A stretch of 51,303 nt of DNA from a bacterium (GCA_046331705.1 JAXLQJ010000019.1:62001-113303), one strand, 5' to 3'. Positions 18,973-28,786 are shown, numbered from the stretch's first letter. Translations and numbers: made by a program. Notes: generated from the letters alone by a model not told the origin.

Positions 18973-19948
18973 TCGTGGGATGGAGCACGACTGCGCGAGC
19001 GCCGCTCTCGAGGCACTCGGCGTGGACTGCGTCGCGTCGGCGGAGAGCGGGCCGACGGATTCGAAGACCCGGCTCGCCAATCGGCGCGATTTCCTGACGG
19101 CCGTCGGATTGGCCGCCGCGGGGTACCTCGCGGGCTGCTCGTCCGAGGCGCGCGAGGAGTTCTTCCGCCAGCGCTTCGTCGAGCTGACGCCCGAAGAGGT
19201 CGCTCGTCGCGTCGAACGCATGCAGGCCGAATATCGAAAGAAATACGGCCCCGACGTGAATCTGTCGTCGGTCCCCGCGAAGCCCGGGGTGCATTTCGGC
19301 TATGCGCTCGATCTGTCGCGTTGCATCGGGTGCCGGCGCTGCGTGTACGCGTGCGTCAAGGAGAACAACCAATCGCGCGATCCGCAGGTGCAATGGATTC
19401 GCGTGCTCGAGATGGAGAAGCGCAAGGGAATCGATTTCGAGAGCGCCAATCCGTACTACGACCACGCCACGGTGCCGGACCCGGACCACTTCTACCTGCC
19501 CGTCGCGTGTCAGCAATGCGAGAACCCGGCGTGCACGCGCGTCTGCCCCGTCGGTGCCACCTGGAACGAGCCGGATGGCATGGTGGTCATCGACTACGAC
19601 TGGTGCATCGGCTGCCGCTGTTGCATGTCGGCGTGCCCGTACGGAGCGCGGCACTACAACTGGGGCGAGCCCACGATTCCACCGAACGAGTTCAACCCGA
19701 ACCTGCACGTGCTGGGCAATCGTCCGCGTCCGCGGGGCGTGGTCGAGAAGTGCACGTTCTGCATCCAGCGGGTCCGCAACGGACGCTATCCGGCCTGTGT
19801 CGAGATCTGCCCGGTGGGCGCGCGCAAGTTCGGCAACCTGCTCGATTCGGACAGCGAAGTGTCGCGGATCCTGCGCGAGAAACGCGTGTTCGTGCTCAAG
19901 GCCGAGCTCAAGACCGATCCCAAGTTCTTCTACTTCTACGGACTCTAG
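18965..19948 (+). CDS. Tat-exported 4Fe-4S dicluster protein (NrfC/DsrO/CbcT family)
   Basis: NRRDFL twin-arginine motif; CIGCRRCVYAC, CQQCENPAC..CP, CIGCRCCMSACP, CTFC..C..CP. Confidence 0.92.
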   Translation: MADRGMEHDCASAALEALGVDCVASAESGPTDSKTRLANRRDFLTAVGLAAAGYLAGCSSEAREEFFRQRFVELTPEEVARRVERMQAEYRKKYGPDVNLSSVPAKPGVHFGYALDLSRCIGCRRCVYACVKENNQSRDPQVQWIRVLEMEKRKGIDFESANPYYDHATVPDPDHFYLPVACQQCENPACTRVCPVGATWNEPDGMVVIDYDWCIGCRCCMSACPYGARHYNWGEPTIPPNEFNPNLHVLGNRPRPRGVVEKCTFCIQRVRNGRYPACVEICPVGARKFGNLLDSDSEVSRILREKRVFVLKAELKTDPKFFYFYGL

Positions 19949-19956
19949 GACGGCAC

Positions 19957-21213
19957 ATGGGACCGCTCAGCTTCCTTCGATCGAGCGCTCGATTCGTGCT
20001 TCGCGGCGGCAAGGCCTATTGGCTGTGGGTCGCCAGCCTCTCGGCCCTGATCGCCTGGGGAGCCGCCGCCTACGTCGATCAATTCCGCCTCGGGTTGATC
20101 GTCACGAACATGCGCGACCAGGTGTCGTGGGCGTTCTACATCGGCAACTTCACGTTCCTGGTGGGTGTTGCGGCGGCGGCGGTGGTGCTCGTGATCCCCG
20201 CCTACATCTACCACTGGAAGCCGATCAAGGAGGTCGCGATCCTGGGCGAGATTCTGGCCATCAGCGCGATCGTGATGTGCTTGATGTTCGTGGTCGCCGA
20301 CATGGGCCATCCGGAGCGTGGTTGGCACCTGATCCCAGGCCTCGGTCACATGAACTTCCCGCGCTCGATCCTCGCGTGGGACGTGCTGGTGCTGAATCTC
20401 TACCTCTTGCTCAACCTGACCATCGTCACGCACGTGCTCTATCGGGGCATGCAGGGACGCCCGCCGAATCAGCGCTTCGTCGTGCCGCTGGTGCTGTTCT
20501 CGGTTCCGGCGGCGGTGGGCATCCACACCGTCACAGCCTTCATCTACGCCGGCGCCGCGGCCCGGCCTTATTGGAACGCGTCGATCCTGGCGCCGCGCTT
20601 CCTGTGCTCGGCGTTCTGCTCCGGACCGGCGATCATGTTGATCCTGTTCCAGATTCTGCAACGCACCACCAAGATCGCCATCAAGGACGACGCGATCTGG
20701 AAGGTCGCGGAGCTGATGGCCTACGCGATGTTCCTGAATCTGTTCTTGCTGGGCGCCGAGGTCTTCAAGGAGTACTACTCGCAGACCGAGCATTTGAGGC
20801 ATCTCGAGTACTTGTTCAGCGGCCTCGACAAGCACCGGGCGCTGGTGCCGTACGCGTGGAGCTTCGTGGCCTGCGGTGTGGGAGCGTTTCTCCTCTTCCT
20901 GATCCCCGCGACGCGCCGCAACGTCGTCACGCTCAATCTGGGTTGCCTGCTCATCTACGCGAGCGTCTACATCGAGAAGGGCATGGGGCTCGTGATCCCA
21001 GGCTTCACGCCCGACACCCTCGGCGAGGTGTACGAGTACGTGCCGACGGTCCACGAGCTTCGGATCGGCGCCGGGATCTTCTCCACCGGGTTCCTGGTGT
21101 TCACGTTGCTCTGCAAGATCGCGATCCCGATCATGACGGGAGAGTTCCACCAGCACCGGGTGCAAGCCGGGGAGGGAGACGCTTCCGTGGTCCGGGGCGC
21201 CGCCGCGGCGTGA
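19957..21213 (+). CDS. NrfD/PsrC family integral membrane quinol-binding subunit (DsrP/CbcU-like)
   Basis: About 10 hydrophobic segments; VSWAFYIGNFTFLVGVAAA, DMGHPER, IHTVTAF, APRFL motifs. Confidence 0.92.
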   Translation: MGPLSFLRSSARFVLRGGKAYWLWVASLSALIAWGAAAYVDQFRLGLIVTNMRDQVSWAFYIGNFTFLVGVAAAAVVLVIPAYIYHWKPIKEVAILGEILAISAIVMCLMFVVADMGHPERGWHLIPGLGHMNFPRSILAWDVLVLNLYLLLNLTIVTHVLYRGMQGRPPNQRFVVPLVLFSVPAAVGIHTVTAFIYAGAAARPYWNASILAPRFLCSAFCSGPAIMLILFQILQRTTKIAIKDDAIWKVAELMAYAMFLNLFLLGAEVFKEYYSQTEHLRHLEYLFSGLDKHRALVPYAWSFVACGVGAFLLFLIPATRRNVVTLNLGCLLIYASVYIEKGMGLVIPGFTPDTLGEVYEYVPTVHELRIGAGIFSTGFLVFTLLCKIAIPIMTGEFHQHRVQAGEGDASVVRGAAAA

Positions 21214-21263
21214 TCGGGCCGGCAGCCGGCCTCATCCGACCGTTGCGCGGCTCGATCGCGGTG

Positions 21264-23039
21264 CTACCGATCCGCCTCGGAGTCGCTCGCCGGCGATGGG
21301 GCTCGACGTAGCAGCGCCGGCGTGACGATCAGCGCCCCGCCGTAGAGCGCGAGGCTGAACACGAGCGCCGCGGCGGAGCCGATTCGCAGATCCTCGAGCA
21401 CCAGCTTCGATCCACCGAGCAGCAGCACGGCGCCCGCGAGCGCTCCCAGCTCGCGCTTCCCGCCGAGCGCGCGCCACGCCGCGAGCGCGAGCGCCGCCGC
21501 GGCGAGCACCCCCGTCCGTACCACGGCGAGTCGGCCCGGATCGGCATGCGCTCCCGGCGCCCCGGCGATCGGCGCGGCGAGGAGCCGCGCCACGGCGCCA
21601 CCGATCCCGAGCAGCGCCACGGCGAGCGCCGCAACCCGAGCGGCCTTCGCGAGGCGGTCCGGGCCCGTCAGCGGTGCGCCTCGATACGTGAGGAACCCCG
21701 TGCCGATCGCCAATCCCAAGACCGCGACGACCGGGCCGGAGAGCGTCGGCCACGGGCCGCTCGCTGGCAGCGCCAGCGAGGCGATCGACGCGGCGAAGAG
21801 CCCCGATGCAACCGTCGCAGCCGCCGAGAGCAGCGCGGCGTGGACCTGGAACACCGGCCGGCTGCGGGGCAGCGCGAGTGCGGCGACCGCCACGGCGGCG
21901 GACGCCCAGACCACCGGGAAGAACGGAGCGGGAAGCAAGACGCGCGTGCCTTCGGCGGCGAGGAACGTCGCGAGGGTCGAGAAGTAGCCGCTGGCCGCGC
22001 GGTGACCCCAGCGCGCCTCGCTGCGGCGCGACAAGACGGCGTGCAGCAGCAGACCAGCCCCCAGCGCCGCGATCGCGATCCCCGTGCGGACACCTCCGTC
22101 CGCCACCACCAGGCTCGCCTCGAAGCCCACGAGACAGACGATGCCGGTCTGCACGATCGCGAACGGCGTGAGCTCGTGCGCCTGCACCAGCAGGCGCAGC
22201 ACGAACGCGCTCAGATAGACGAGGACCAGGCCGAGCTGCGCCGCCAGCAAGGGCGTCGTGTGGAGCCACTCGGCCGGCTTCCCGATCAATCGCAGCCCGC
22301 CGAGGTGGAGCACCACCAGATCGAGGACCATCGCGACCACCCAGCGCTGACCGCGCCAGCCGTGACCGTAGGCGAGAACCAGTGAGCCCACGGCCAGTCC
22401 CAGCAGATACGGGACGAACGCGGACGCTGCTTGCGTGACCAGCAAGAGCCCCACACCGTCGAGAAGGGCCGCGATCACGGTGATCCAGACGACCGTCGGG
22501 AAGACCCGTCGCCAGGCCACGACCAGGCCCAGGAAGGTCGTGACCGCGAGGACGCACGCCGCGGTTCCCGGGCTGAGGAGCCGAAAGCGCGTCGTCGCCT
22601 CGAAAGCCAGCGGGTAGGCGATGAGGCCCGAGGCGAGGGCATGGAACGCCCCGCTCAGGTGGTTGCCCTTGGCGGCGGCTCGGTCCGCGAAGAAGAGCCA
22701 GCCGATCGCATACACGAGCCCCAGCGCCACGCCCACGGCGCTCGAGAGCGTTCCCGATTCGGTGAGCGAGCGGAACAGGAACGCGCCACCGAGCACCAGG
22801 CAGGTGCGCCCCACGAGGGCCGGTAGGCCGCTGAGCCGCGCCGCGTCGATCGTCGGCGCCGCCGGCGCAGCCGACGGCGCCGACGTGAGCTCCGCTGGCG
22901 CCTCGATGGCCGGGGGTGCCGCGGTCGGCTCCACGACCGGCGTGGCACGGCTTTCGACCGCGGCGAGCCGCCCGCTCAGCTCGGTGACGAGTCGCTCGAG
23001 CTCGCGAACGCGCTCTTCGAGGGGCGATGGGGAGGGCAG
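21264..23039 (-). CDS. Polytopic membrane protein, DUF2339-like
   Basis: N-terminal coiled coil (LEERVRELER..LAAVE), Pro/Ala linker, then many TM helices. Start uncertain; CTG at 23039 follows AGGAGG. Confidence 0.7.
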   Translation of the reverse strand: MPSPSPLEERVRELERLVTELSGRLAAVESRATPVVEPTAAPPAIEAPAELTSAPSAAPAAPTIDAARLSGLPALVGRTCLVLGGAFLFRSLTESGTLSSAVGVALGLVYAIGWLFFADRAAAKGNHLSGAFHALASGLIAYPLAFEATTRFRLLSPGTAACVLAVTTFLGLVVAWRRVFPTVVWITVIAALLDGVGLLLVTQAASAFVPYLLGLAVGSLVLAYGHGWRGQRWVVAMVLDLVVLHLGGLRLIGKPAEWLHTTPLLAAQLGLVLVYLSAFVLRLLVQAHELTPFAIVQTGIVCLVGFEASLVVADGGVRTGIAIAALGAGLLLHAVLSRRSEARWGHRAASGYFSTLATFLAAEGTRVLLPAPFFPVVWASAAVAVAALALPRSRPVFQVHAALLSAAATVASGLFAASIASLALPASGPWPTLSGPVVAVLGLAIGTGFLTYRGAPLTGPDRLAKAARVAALAVALLGIGGAVARLLAAPIAGAPGAHADPGRLAVVRTGVLAAAALALAAWRALGGKRELGALAGAVLLLGGSKLVLEDLRIGSAAALVFSLALYGGALIVTPALLRRAPSPASDSEADR

Positions 23040-23234
23040 GTCGCAGCCTCCTGGACCGAAGATCCCGCCGGCGGGTCTCGAACCCTCGAAACCGCACGCA
23101 AGAACGGTTCCGATGCAAATGCGGCGGACGAACCACGCCCGCACCCCGGGTGTGGTGGTCCGCGACTTCTCGGGGATGTGTGGAGACACGAACGGCGCAC
23201 GCGCGAGCACGTGCGCCGTTCGACCTGCGAGCGC

Positions 23235-23567
23235 TTACTTCACGAGCGTCTTCGCGTAGGCGAAGACGTTGTCGATCGCGGCTGGATCGAGCGACTTGCT
23301 GAAGGCCGGCATCGGCTTCTTGCCTTCCGAGAGCAATTTCATGATCTCGGCGTCGCTCTTCTTCGAGGGCTTGCTGATGTCGGGGATCTCCACCTTGAGC
23401 TTTTCCGCCATCTTCGCGTTGCCCGTACCGTCCTCGCCATGGCAGTTCGCGCACTTCTTGCCGTAGACCGCCTTGCCCGCCTCGACGTCCGCAGCCCTGG
23501 AGCTTGCCGCGGACGCCAGCGCCGCGACTGCGAGCAGGGTGACGACCGTCTTTCCTTCACGTCCCAT
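23235..23567 (-). CDS. Periplasmic monoheme class I cytochrome c, paralog 2
   Basis: Signal peptide, CANCH, EGKKPMPAF; GGAGGT RBS. Alternative GTG start at 23570. Confidence 0.93.
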   Translation of the reverse strand: MGREGKTVVTLLAVAALASAASSRAADVEAGKAVYGKKCANCHGEDGTGNAKMAEKLKVEIPDISKPSKKSDAEIMKLLSEGKKPMPAFSKSLDPAAIDNVFAYAKTLVK

Positions 23568-23652
23568 CACTTCACCTCCCCAGGTGTGCGCTCGCGCCGT
23601 GGCTTACGGACGAGGAGCCATCGGGTGCGGCCGGTGGCTCCTCGCGAGAGCA

Positions 23653-23668
23653 AGCAAGACGCTTGCCA
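23653..23668 (-). promoter_or_regulatory. Sigma54 (-24/-12) promoter
   Basis: Minus strand TGGCAAGCGTCTTGCT, GG-N10-GC. Confidence 0.7.
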
Positions 23669-23725
23669 CGACCTGGGGCGAGCTGGACGGCGCCTCGAGA
23701 GGTGGCCCCGCCCAGCGGAACGCGA

Positions 23726-24061
23726 TCACTTGCCCGAGAGCGACTTGGCGTAGGCGAGCACGTTCTCGATCGCTGCGGCGTCGAGGGTCTTCGCGTAGCC
23801 CGGCATCGGCTTCTTGCCTTCCTGGAGCAGCTTCAGGAGATCGGCGTCGCTCTTCTCGGAGGGCTTGCTCAGGTCGCCCATCTCCACCTTGAGCTTGGCG
23901 GCCATCTTCGCGTCGCCCTTGCCGTCTGCGCCGTGGCAGTTCTGGCACTTCTTCTCGTAAACGGCCTTGCCGGCCGCTGCATCCGCCGCACGGGCGGAGA
24001 TCGCTGGCGCCGACACCGTGAGCGCGACCGCGGTGATCAACAGCTTGGATCCCAGTTTCAT
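23726..24061 (-). CDS. Periplasmic monoheme class I cytochrome c, paralog 3
   Basis: Signal peptide, CQNCH, EGKKPMPGY. Confidence 0.93.
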   Translation of the reverse strand: MKLGSKLLITAVALTVSAPAISARAADAAAGKAVYEKKCQNCHGADGKGDAKMAAKLKVEMGDLSKPSEKSDADLLKLLQEGKKPMPGYAKTLDAAAIENVLAYAKSLSGK

Positions 24062-24149
24062 CGTTCGCTCCTCCCCATCGGTTTCTTGGACCCCCGCCGC
24101 GCCATGCGGCGGAGGGTGTTCTCGTGGTGAGTGGTCCGGCCCCCGGCGG

Positions 24150-26075
24150 CTATTCCTGCTCGTCTTCGTCGGGTTCGGCCCCTGGCCCCGTTTCGGCGGG
24201 CATTCGTTCCAGGACTCGGCCGGCGGGCGAGCGGCCGGTCAGCCAGGCGGTGTCCATCGGATAGACCACGGGGTCGAAGATGACGAAGTAAAAATGCCAC
24301 ACCAAGATCGAGAGTGTGGCGAGCACGGCCTCGTAATAGTGGAGGGCCGTCGCGACGTCGAGAGCCCATTTGGGCAGGTGTTGCATCGCCTGGGTCGAGA
24401 ACCACAGCAGCAGCCCGGAAGCCGCCATGACCAGGCTTCCCCACAAGAACGCCAGGTACTCGGCCTTCTCGGGGTAACCGAGCGACGGGCTGCGCGGCGG
24501 CACCGGGCTGCGACCGGCGAGCCAACGCATCTTCTCGACCAGCTCGTGCAGGTCGGACCGTCCCGGCACCATGCCGAGGATGCACGCGCGCGCCTTGCGG
24601 TCGAACGCGACGTGCATGAGGTGGAAGCCGAGCGCCGCCATCATCACCGAGCCCGCGGCCCGATGGATCAGGCCGCGCAGCTCGAGCGAGGCCTCCCAGG
24701 TCAGCAACGGTCTCGCCCACCAGGCCTCGGGGAACTTGAGCGCGAAGCCCGTGTACACGAGCACCAGGAAGCTCGTGGCGGTGAAGCCGTGCGCGAGTCG
24801 GAAGCCGAGGGAAAGCCGCTCCTCGCGCGGAGCGACGGCGCGTCTCGGGCGCCAGGAGTCGTTCCTCGCCTTGCGGTAGAGATCGAGCGCGTTGTGAAGG
24901 AACATCAAACCGATGACCAGCGGGATCAGCACCAGGTAGATCCGGCGAACCCACGTCACCACGATGTGCTCGCCCTGATTCGGCAGCACGTGGATCGCGG
25001 TGATGGGAAACGTGTCCCCGGCGCCCGGGTGGCATTTGCCACACGTCTTCGGCAGGTTCGACGGATGAATCAGCGAGCGCGGGTCCGAGGAGGGCAACAC
25101 GTCGTGAACGCCATGGCACGAGGCGCAGTTCGCGACCGTCGCCGAGCCCGTTCGCATCGCCAGGCCGTGATAGCTGTCCTCGAACGCTTTGACCTTGTCC
25201 GCGGAGAAGCCGAATTTCTGCGCGAGCCGGATGTCTCCGTGGCAACGCCCGCAGGTCATCTTCGGCACGTTGCTGGCGGCGACCGGTGAGCCACGCTCGT
25301 GTGGTGCGGCGATCATGTGCTCGCCGTGGCAGTCGATGCAGGTCGGCGCCTCGCGGATCCCGTGCGCCACGGCCTGACCGTGGATGCTCCCCTCGTACGC
25401 CTTGGCGATCTCGGTGTGGCACTTGCCGCAGGTGCTCGCGACGTTCTGGGAGTTGACCTGCGAGCGCGGGTCTTGCGGCGGCAGGATCCCGTGGCTGCCG
25501 TGGCAGCTGCTGCAGACGGCGCCGTGCCGGCCGTCGGCCTCCGCGCGCGCGTGCACGCTCGCCCGGTAGGCCTCGATCGGTAGGGTGCGGCCGAAGCCGA
25601 GCTTCTTCGCCATCTCGCCATCGCCGTGACAGCGGCCACAGGTCTCGGCGACGTGGCTCGGATGCAGCGGCGACTTCGGATCGTCGCTGGGCACGATCGC
25701 GTGCGCGGCTCCGTGACACTCGAGGCACGCCGCCGGCTCGATATCGGCTGCCGCTCGCCCGTTGCCGTGCACGCTGCCCGCGAGCTCGTCGAAGGCGTCG
25801 TCGTGACACGGGCGGCAGCTCGAGGCGGTGTCGCCATCCTCGTGTGGAACCCGGGCCGACTTCGGGTGACAGTCGACACACTCGAAGGACTCGTGCGCGG
25901 TGCCCGCGACCGCGGCTTGCTCGTCGGGATGACAGGTGTCGCAGGTGGTCTCGTCATCCTCGGCTTCGGCCGCGGCAGTCGCTGCCGGCGCCCGCACGAG
26001 CATGGCGAGCGCGACGAGTGCGGCGATCGCCAGCAGCCGCACCCGCCACGGGTCGCACCCGGCCTTCTGGTTCAT
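24150..26075 (-). CDS. cbcL: CbcL-like inner-membrane bc-type cytochrome (11 c-hemes plus a di-heme cytochrome b domain)
   Basis: Signal peptide and 11 CxxCH, then an FdnI/HydC-type cytochrome b domain (RLAH..YTG, IHRAAG..H, KAEY..WG, LHYYEAVLA..WHFY). ATGA overlap with the upstream gene. Confidence 0.85.
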   Translation of the reverse strand: MNQKAGCDPWRVRLLAIAALVALAMLVRAPAATAAAEAEDDETTCDTCHPDEQAAVAGTAHESFECVDCHPKSARVPHEDGDTASSCRPCHDDAFDELAGSVHGNGRAAADIEPAACLECHGAAHAIVPSDDPKSPLHPSHVAETCGRCHGDGEMAKKLGFGRTLPIEAYRASVHARAEADGRHGAVCSSCHGSHGILPPQDPRSQVNSQNVASTCGKCHTEIAKAYEGSIHGQAVAHGIREAPTCIDCHGEHMIAAPHERGSPVAASNVPKMTCGRCHGDIRLAQKFGFSADKVKAFEDSYHGLAMRTGSATVANCASCHGVHDVLPSSDPRSLIHPSNLPKTCGKCHPGAGDTFPITAIHVLPNQGEHIVVTWVRRIYLVLIPLVIGLMFLHNALDLYRKARNDSWRPRRAVAPREERLSLGFRLAHGFTATSFLVLVYTGFALKFPEAWWARPLLTWEASLELRGLIHRAAGSVMMAALGFHLMHVAFDRKARACILGMVPGRSDLHELVEKMRWLAGRSPVPPRSPSLGYPEKAEYLAFLWGSLVMAASGLLLWFSTQAMQHLPKWALDVATALHYYEAVLATLSILVWHFYFVIFDPVVYPMDTAWLTGRSPAGRVLERMPAETGPGAEPDEDEQE

Positions 26076-27601
26076 AGGCTGCCCGTCGCGCCATCGTGGC
26101 AGTCGGAGCAGATCTGGTCTTGCCACATGTCGCCGATGTCACCGGGATGGACGAACTCGAGCCCCTCGAAATTCGCGGCCGTCTTCTCCGTCGACGAGCC
26201 TTGTCCGACGATCAGATGGCACGTGTTGCAATCGCGGGTGAGCGGGGTGCCGTCCTTGGTCTTGTGGTCGCCGTCGTGGCAGCGGAAGCATCCCGGGAAG
26301 TTCATGTGGCCGATGTTGTCCGGGTACGGCTTCCAGTTCACCTTCATCTCCGGGAACACGTTCTGCTCGAAGAGTCGCTGCACCTCGGTGATGGCCGCGT
26401 CGATCTCGGCTTGATGGGTTCGCGCATAGTCCGCTTGCTCGGTGCGGTAGTACGTGGAGAGCGTGTCCGCGATCGTGTGCCGCGCCTCTTCCGTGGTCTC
26501 GTAATCCTTGGCGAGCAGCGTGATCGCTTGCTGCTTGATGTAGGGGATGGATCCGTCGATGCGCTTGGTGAAGATCGACATGTCGACCGAGTCGACGGGC
26601 GGGTTGTATCGGTGCGAGGGGCGGTTGTGGCAGTCGATGCAGTCCATGCGTCGCGGCGTCGCCTTTTCCAGCTCCTCGGGCTTGAGCGGCGCGGAGCCGG
26701 ATTCGTAAACCCGCACGGTGCCGTCCGGTCCCGTCACGCGCACCCATGGGATCACCTGGCGCTGCGGGTCGGAGGCGACGTACTCGACCTTGTTCTCGAT
26801 GTTCATGTGCCAGTGGATGCCGCCCGCCGGCCCGAAGCTCGGATCTCCGCCACCCACCTTCATGAGCAGCGAGATGGTCCACGGCGAGTTCGTCTCGTCC
26901 GCCAGGTAGTGATGGTTCTCGCGCAGCGCGGCGCCGAAGAACTTGCGTGGCCAGTGGCATTGCTCGCAGGTCTCTTGGGCGGGGCGCAGGCTTTCCACCG
27001 GTACGGGGATCGGCCGCGAGTACTTGTGGGTCAGCACCGAGTACACCTGGTAGAGGCCGGAGACCTTCGACTTCACGAACCATTCGGCCCCTGGCCCGAT
27101 GTGGCACTGGACGCAGGTCACCCGCGCGTGCGGCGACTCGCGATAGGCGGTCTTCTCGGGGCTCATCACCTGATGGCAGGTGTCGCCGCAGAACATCACG
27201 GACTCCGTGAACTCGTACGCTCGATAGGAGCCGATGGCGGAGAGCAAGAGCAGCAGGAACGTGCCGCTGGTGACACCGATGAACGTCGCGCGATGGCGCG
27301 GAACGTTGAAATCGATGCGCGGGAACGGAGGGATCTCGCCCGGTTTCGCGCGCCGCCGTCGCCGTCGCTCGAGCAGCACGCCGATGACGATCAGCGCGAT
27401 CCCGAGCAGCAGGAATCCGGGCGCGATGACGTAGGTGAGGATGCCCTGATACGGATTGCGGAATCCGCGGAAGAAATCGGCGCCGAGGAGGTAGACGGCG
27501 CCGAACAGCGTGCAGGCCGTGAGGATGGATCCCGCCAGGCTGATCCAGTTCTGCATCAGCGACGGATGACGAGGCTGGGCGGTGCTGGGCTGTTCGGCCA
27601 T
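26072..27601 (-). CDS. imcH: ImcH-like NapC/NirT family heptaheme inner-membrane cytochrome
   Basis: Three N-terminal TM helices including NPYQGIL. FCGDTCH, CVQCHIGPGA, LRPAQETCEQCHWP, GIHWH, MDCIDCHNRPSH, GCFRCHDG, CNTCH, CSDCH give 7 hemes. Confidence 0.88.
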   Translation of the reverse strand: MAEQPSTAQPRHPSLMQNWISLAGSILTACTLFGAVYLLGADFFRGFRNPYQGILTYVIAPGFLLLGIALIVIGVLLERRRRRRAKPGEIPPFPRIDFNVPRHRATFIGVTSGTFLLLLLSAIGSYRAYEFTESVMFCGDTCHQVMSPEKTAYRESPHARVTCVQCHIGPGAEWFVKSKVSGLYQVYSVLTHKYSRPIPVPVESLRPAQETCEQCHWPRKFFGAALRENHHYLADETNSPWTISLLMKVGGGDPSFGPAGGIHWHMNIENKVEYVASDPQRQVIPWVRVTGPDGTVRVYESGSAPLKPEELEKATPRRMDCIDCHNRPSHRYNPPVDSVDMSIFTKRIDGSIPYIKQQAITLLAKDYETTEEARHTIADTLSTYYRTEQADYARTHQAEIDAAITEVQRLFEQNVFPEMKVNWKPYPDNIGHMNFPGCFRCHDGDHKTKDGTPLTRDCNTCHLIVGQGSSTEKTAANFEGLEFVHPGDIGDMWQDQICSDCHDGATGSL

Positions 27602-27699
27602 CGTGGTGCTCCTCGGTGATCGGGGCAGGAATCCCTAGCTCGGGTGCTTCGCGCTAGCGTTCGTGCACGCGAGCTTCGCGCGTGCGGCGAGCGGCACGC

Positions 27700-27714
27700 G
27701 CAGGATGCGCGCCA
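27700..27714 (-). promoter_or_regulatory. Sigma54-like promoter upstream of imcH-cbcL
   Basis: Minus strand TGGCGCGCATCCTGC, GG-N10-GC. Confidence 0.55.
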
Positions 27715-28025
27715 TTCTCGTCGATGCCCTGGAGATTGGTACACGCGCGGAAGCTCGCGCGTTGCCGACGGGCGTTCTCAGACCGAAAGGAAACGTTTCG
27801 AGAGAGACAGCGTCGCGGCGTCGGCGTCGATCGAGGCCGACGCGCACGGACGCCGCGCGCCGCGAGCGGTGCTCGCGAGCGGTGCCTCTGGGTGTGATCG
27901 GGGTGGGCTCTCACGAGGCCGGCGATTCTGCGGTGCGGGGGGTGAGCGGCGCGGTTCGGGCACGACCGGCGTTGCGTTGGCCGGAAGCCTGTCCCGCGCT
28001 CGTTGGATCGACGGAGTCGCTCGGG

Positions 28026-28682
28026 TCACGGCGTCGTCTTCTTGAGTGTCTTCATGTACTCGACGGTGTCGCGGATCTGTTGCGGATTGAGCCGAGTCGC
28101 CCACTCCGGCATGTAGGGCGAGCCGTGCATCGCCTTCGCCGCGCCCAGGGAGATGAAGTTGACGAGCTCGTCCTCGCGGCCCTCGATCTTGAACTCCGGC
28201 GACGTGAAGTCGCGCGGCTTCGGAGGATCCAGATACGTCGCGACGGGGCCTTTGCCGTCGCCGTTGACGCCGTGGCAGCCCTGGCAAGACGCCGCGTAGA
28301 TGTCGCGGCCCGCGGGGACGCTCACGTGCTTGCCCGGAACGGAGAGCGTCCGGATGAAGCCGATCGTGCTCTGCAGGACCTCGGGCTTGAGCACGGTCGC
28401 GACGGTCATGGGACCGTGCGAGGCGCTCTCGAGGCCCTTGGCGATCGCTTCGTCGCTGCGCCCGGCCAGCCACGCCGAGTTGGTGAAGTCGAGAAGGGGC
28501 GCCTTCAGGTTCGCCGCGAGCGGGCCGTCGCCACGTCCGTAGCGCCCGTGACAGGTCGCGCAGAGCTCCTCGTAGACCTGCTGGCCTTGTGCCTTGAGGC
28601 CGGCCGCGTCCTCTGCAACGGCGACGGCGGCAGAACCTCCGAGGGCGACGGCGACGACTGCTGCGATGGCGAACCGGTTCAT
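28026..28682 (-). CDS. Periplasmic diheme class I cytochrome c
   Basis: Signal peptide; CATCHG..GRGDGP and CQGCHG..GDGKGP..PRDFT; PYMPEW Met ligand. Confidence 0.92.
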   Translation of the reverse strand: MNRFAIAAVVAVALGGSAAVAVAEDAAGLKAQGQQVYEELCATCHGRYGRGDGPLAANLKAPLLDFTNSAWLAGRSDEAIAKGLESASHGPMTVATVLKPEVLQSTIGFIRTLSVPGKHVSVPAGRDIYAASCQGCHGVNGDGKGPVATYLDPPKPRDFTSPEFKIEGREDELVNFISLGAAKAMHGSPYMPEWATRLNPQQIRDTVEYMKTLKKTTP

Positions 28683-28786
28683 GTTCTCGACCTCGTTGTC
28701 GTGCGGCGGATGCTCCTGACGGGTAGTCGGCGATCGCGGCCTGGTGAGCTGCGCTCCGCCTGGCGTTCGTTTCCGGCGATTGCCTT

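Noticed and set aside
18187..21213. DsrJOP or nitrite/polysulfide reductase operon
   Set aside because: No dsrMK, nrfA (CxxCK) or molybdopterin subunit in the window.
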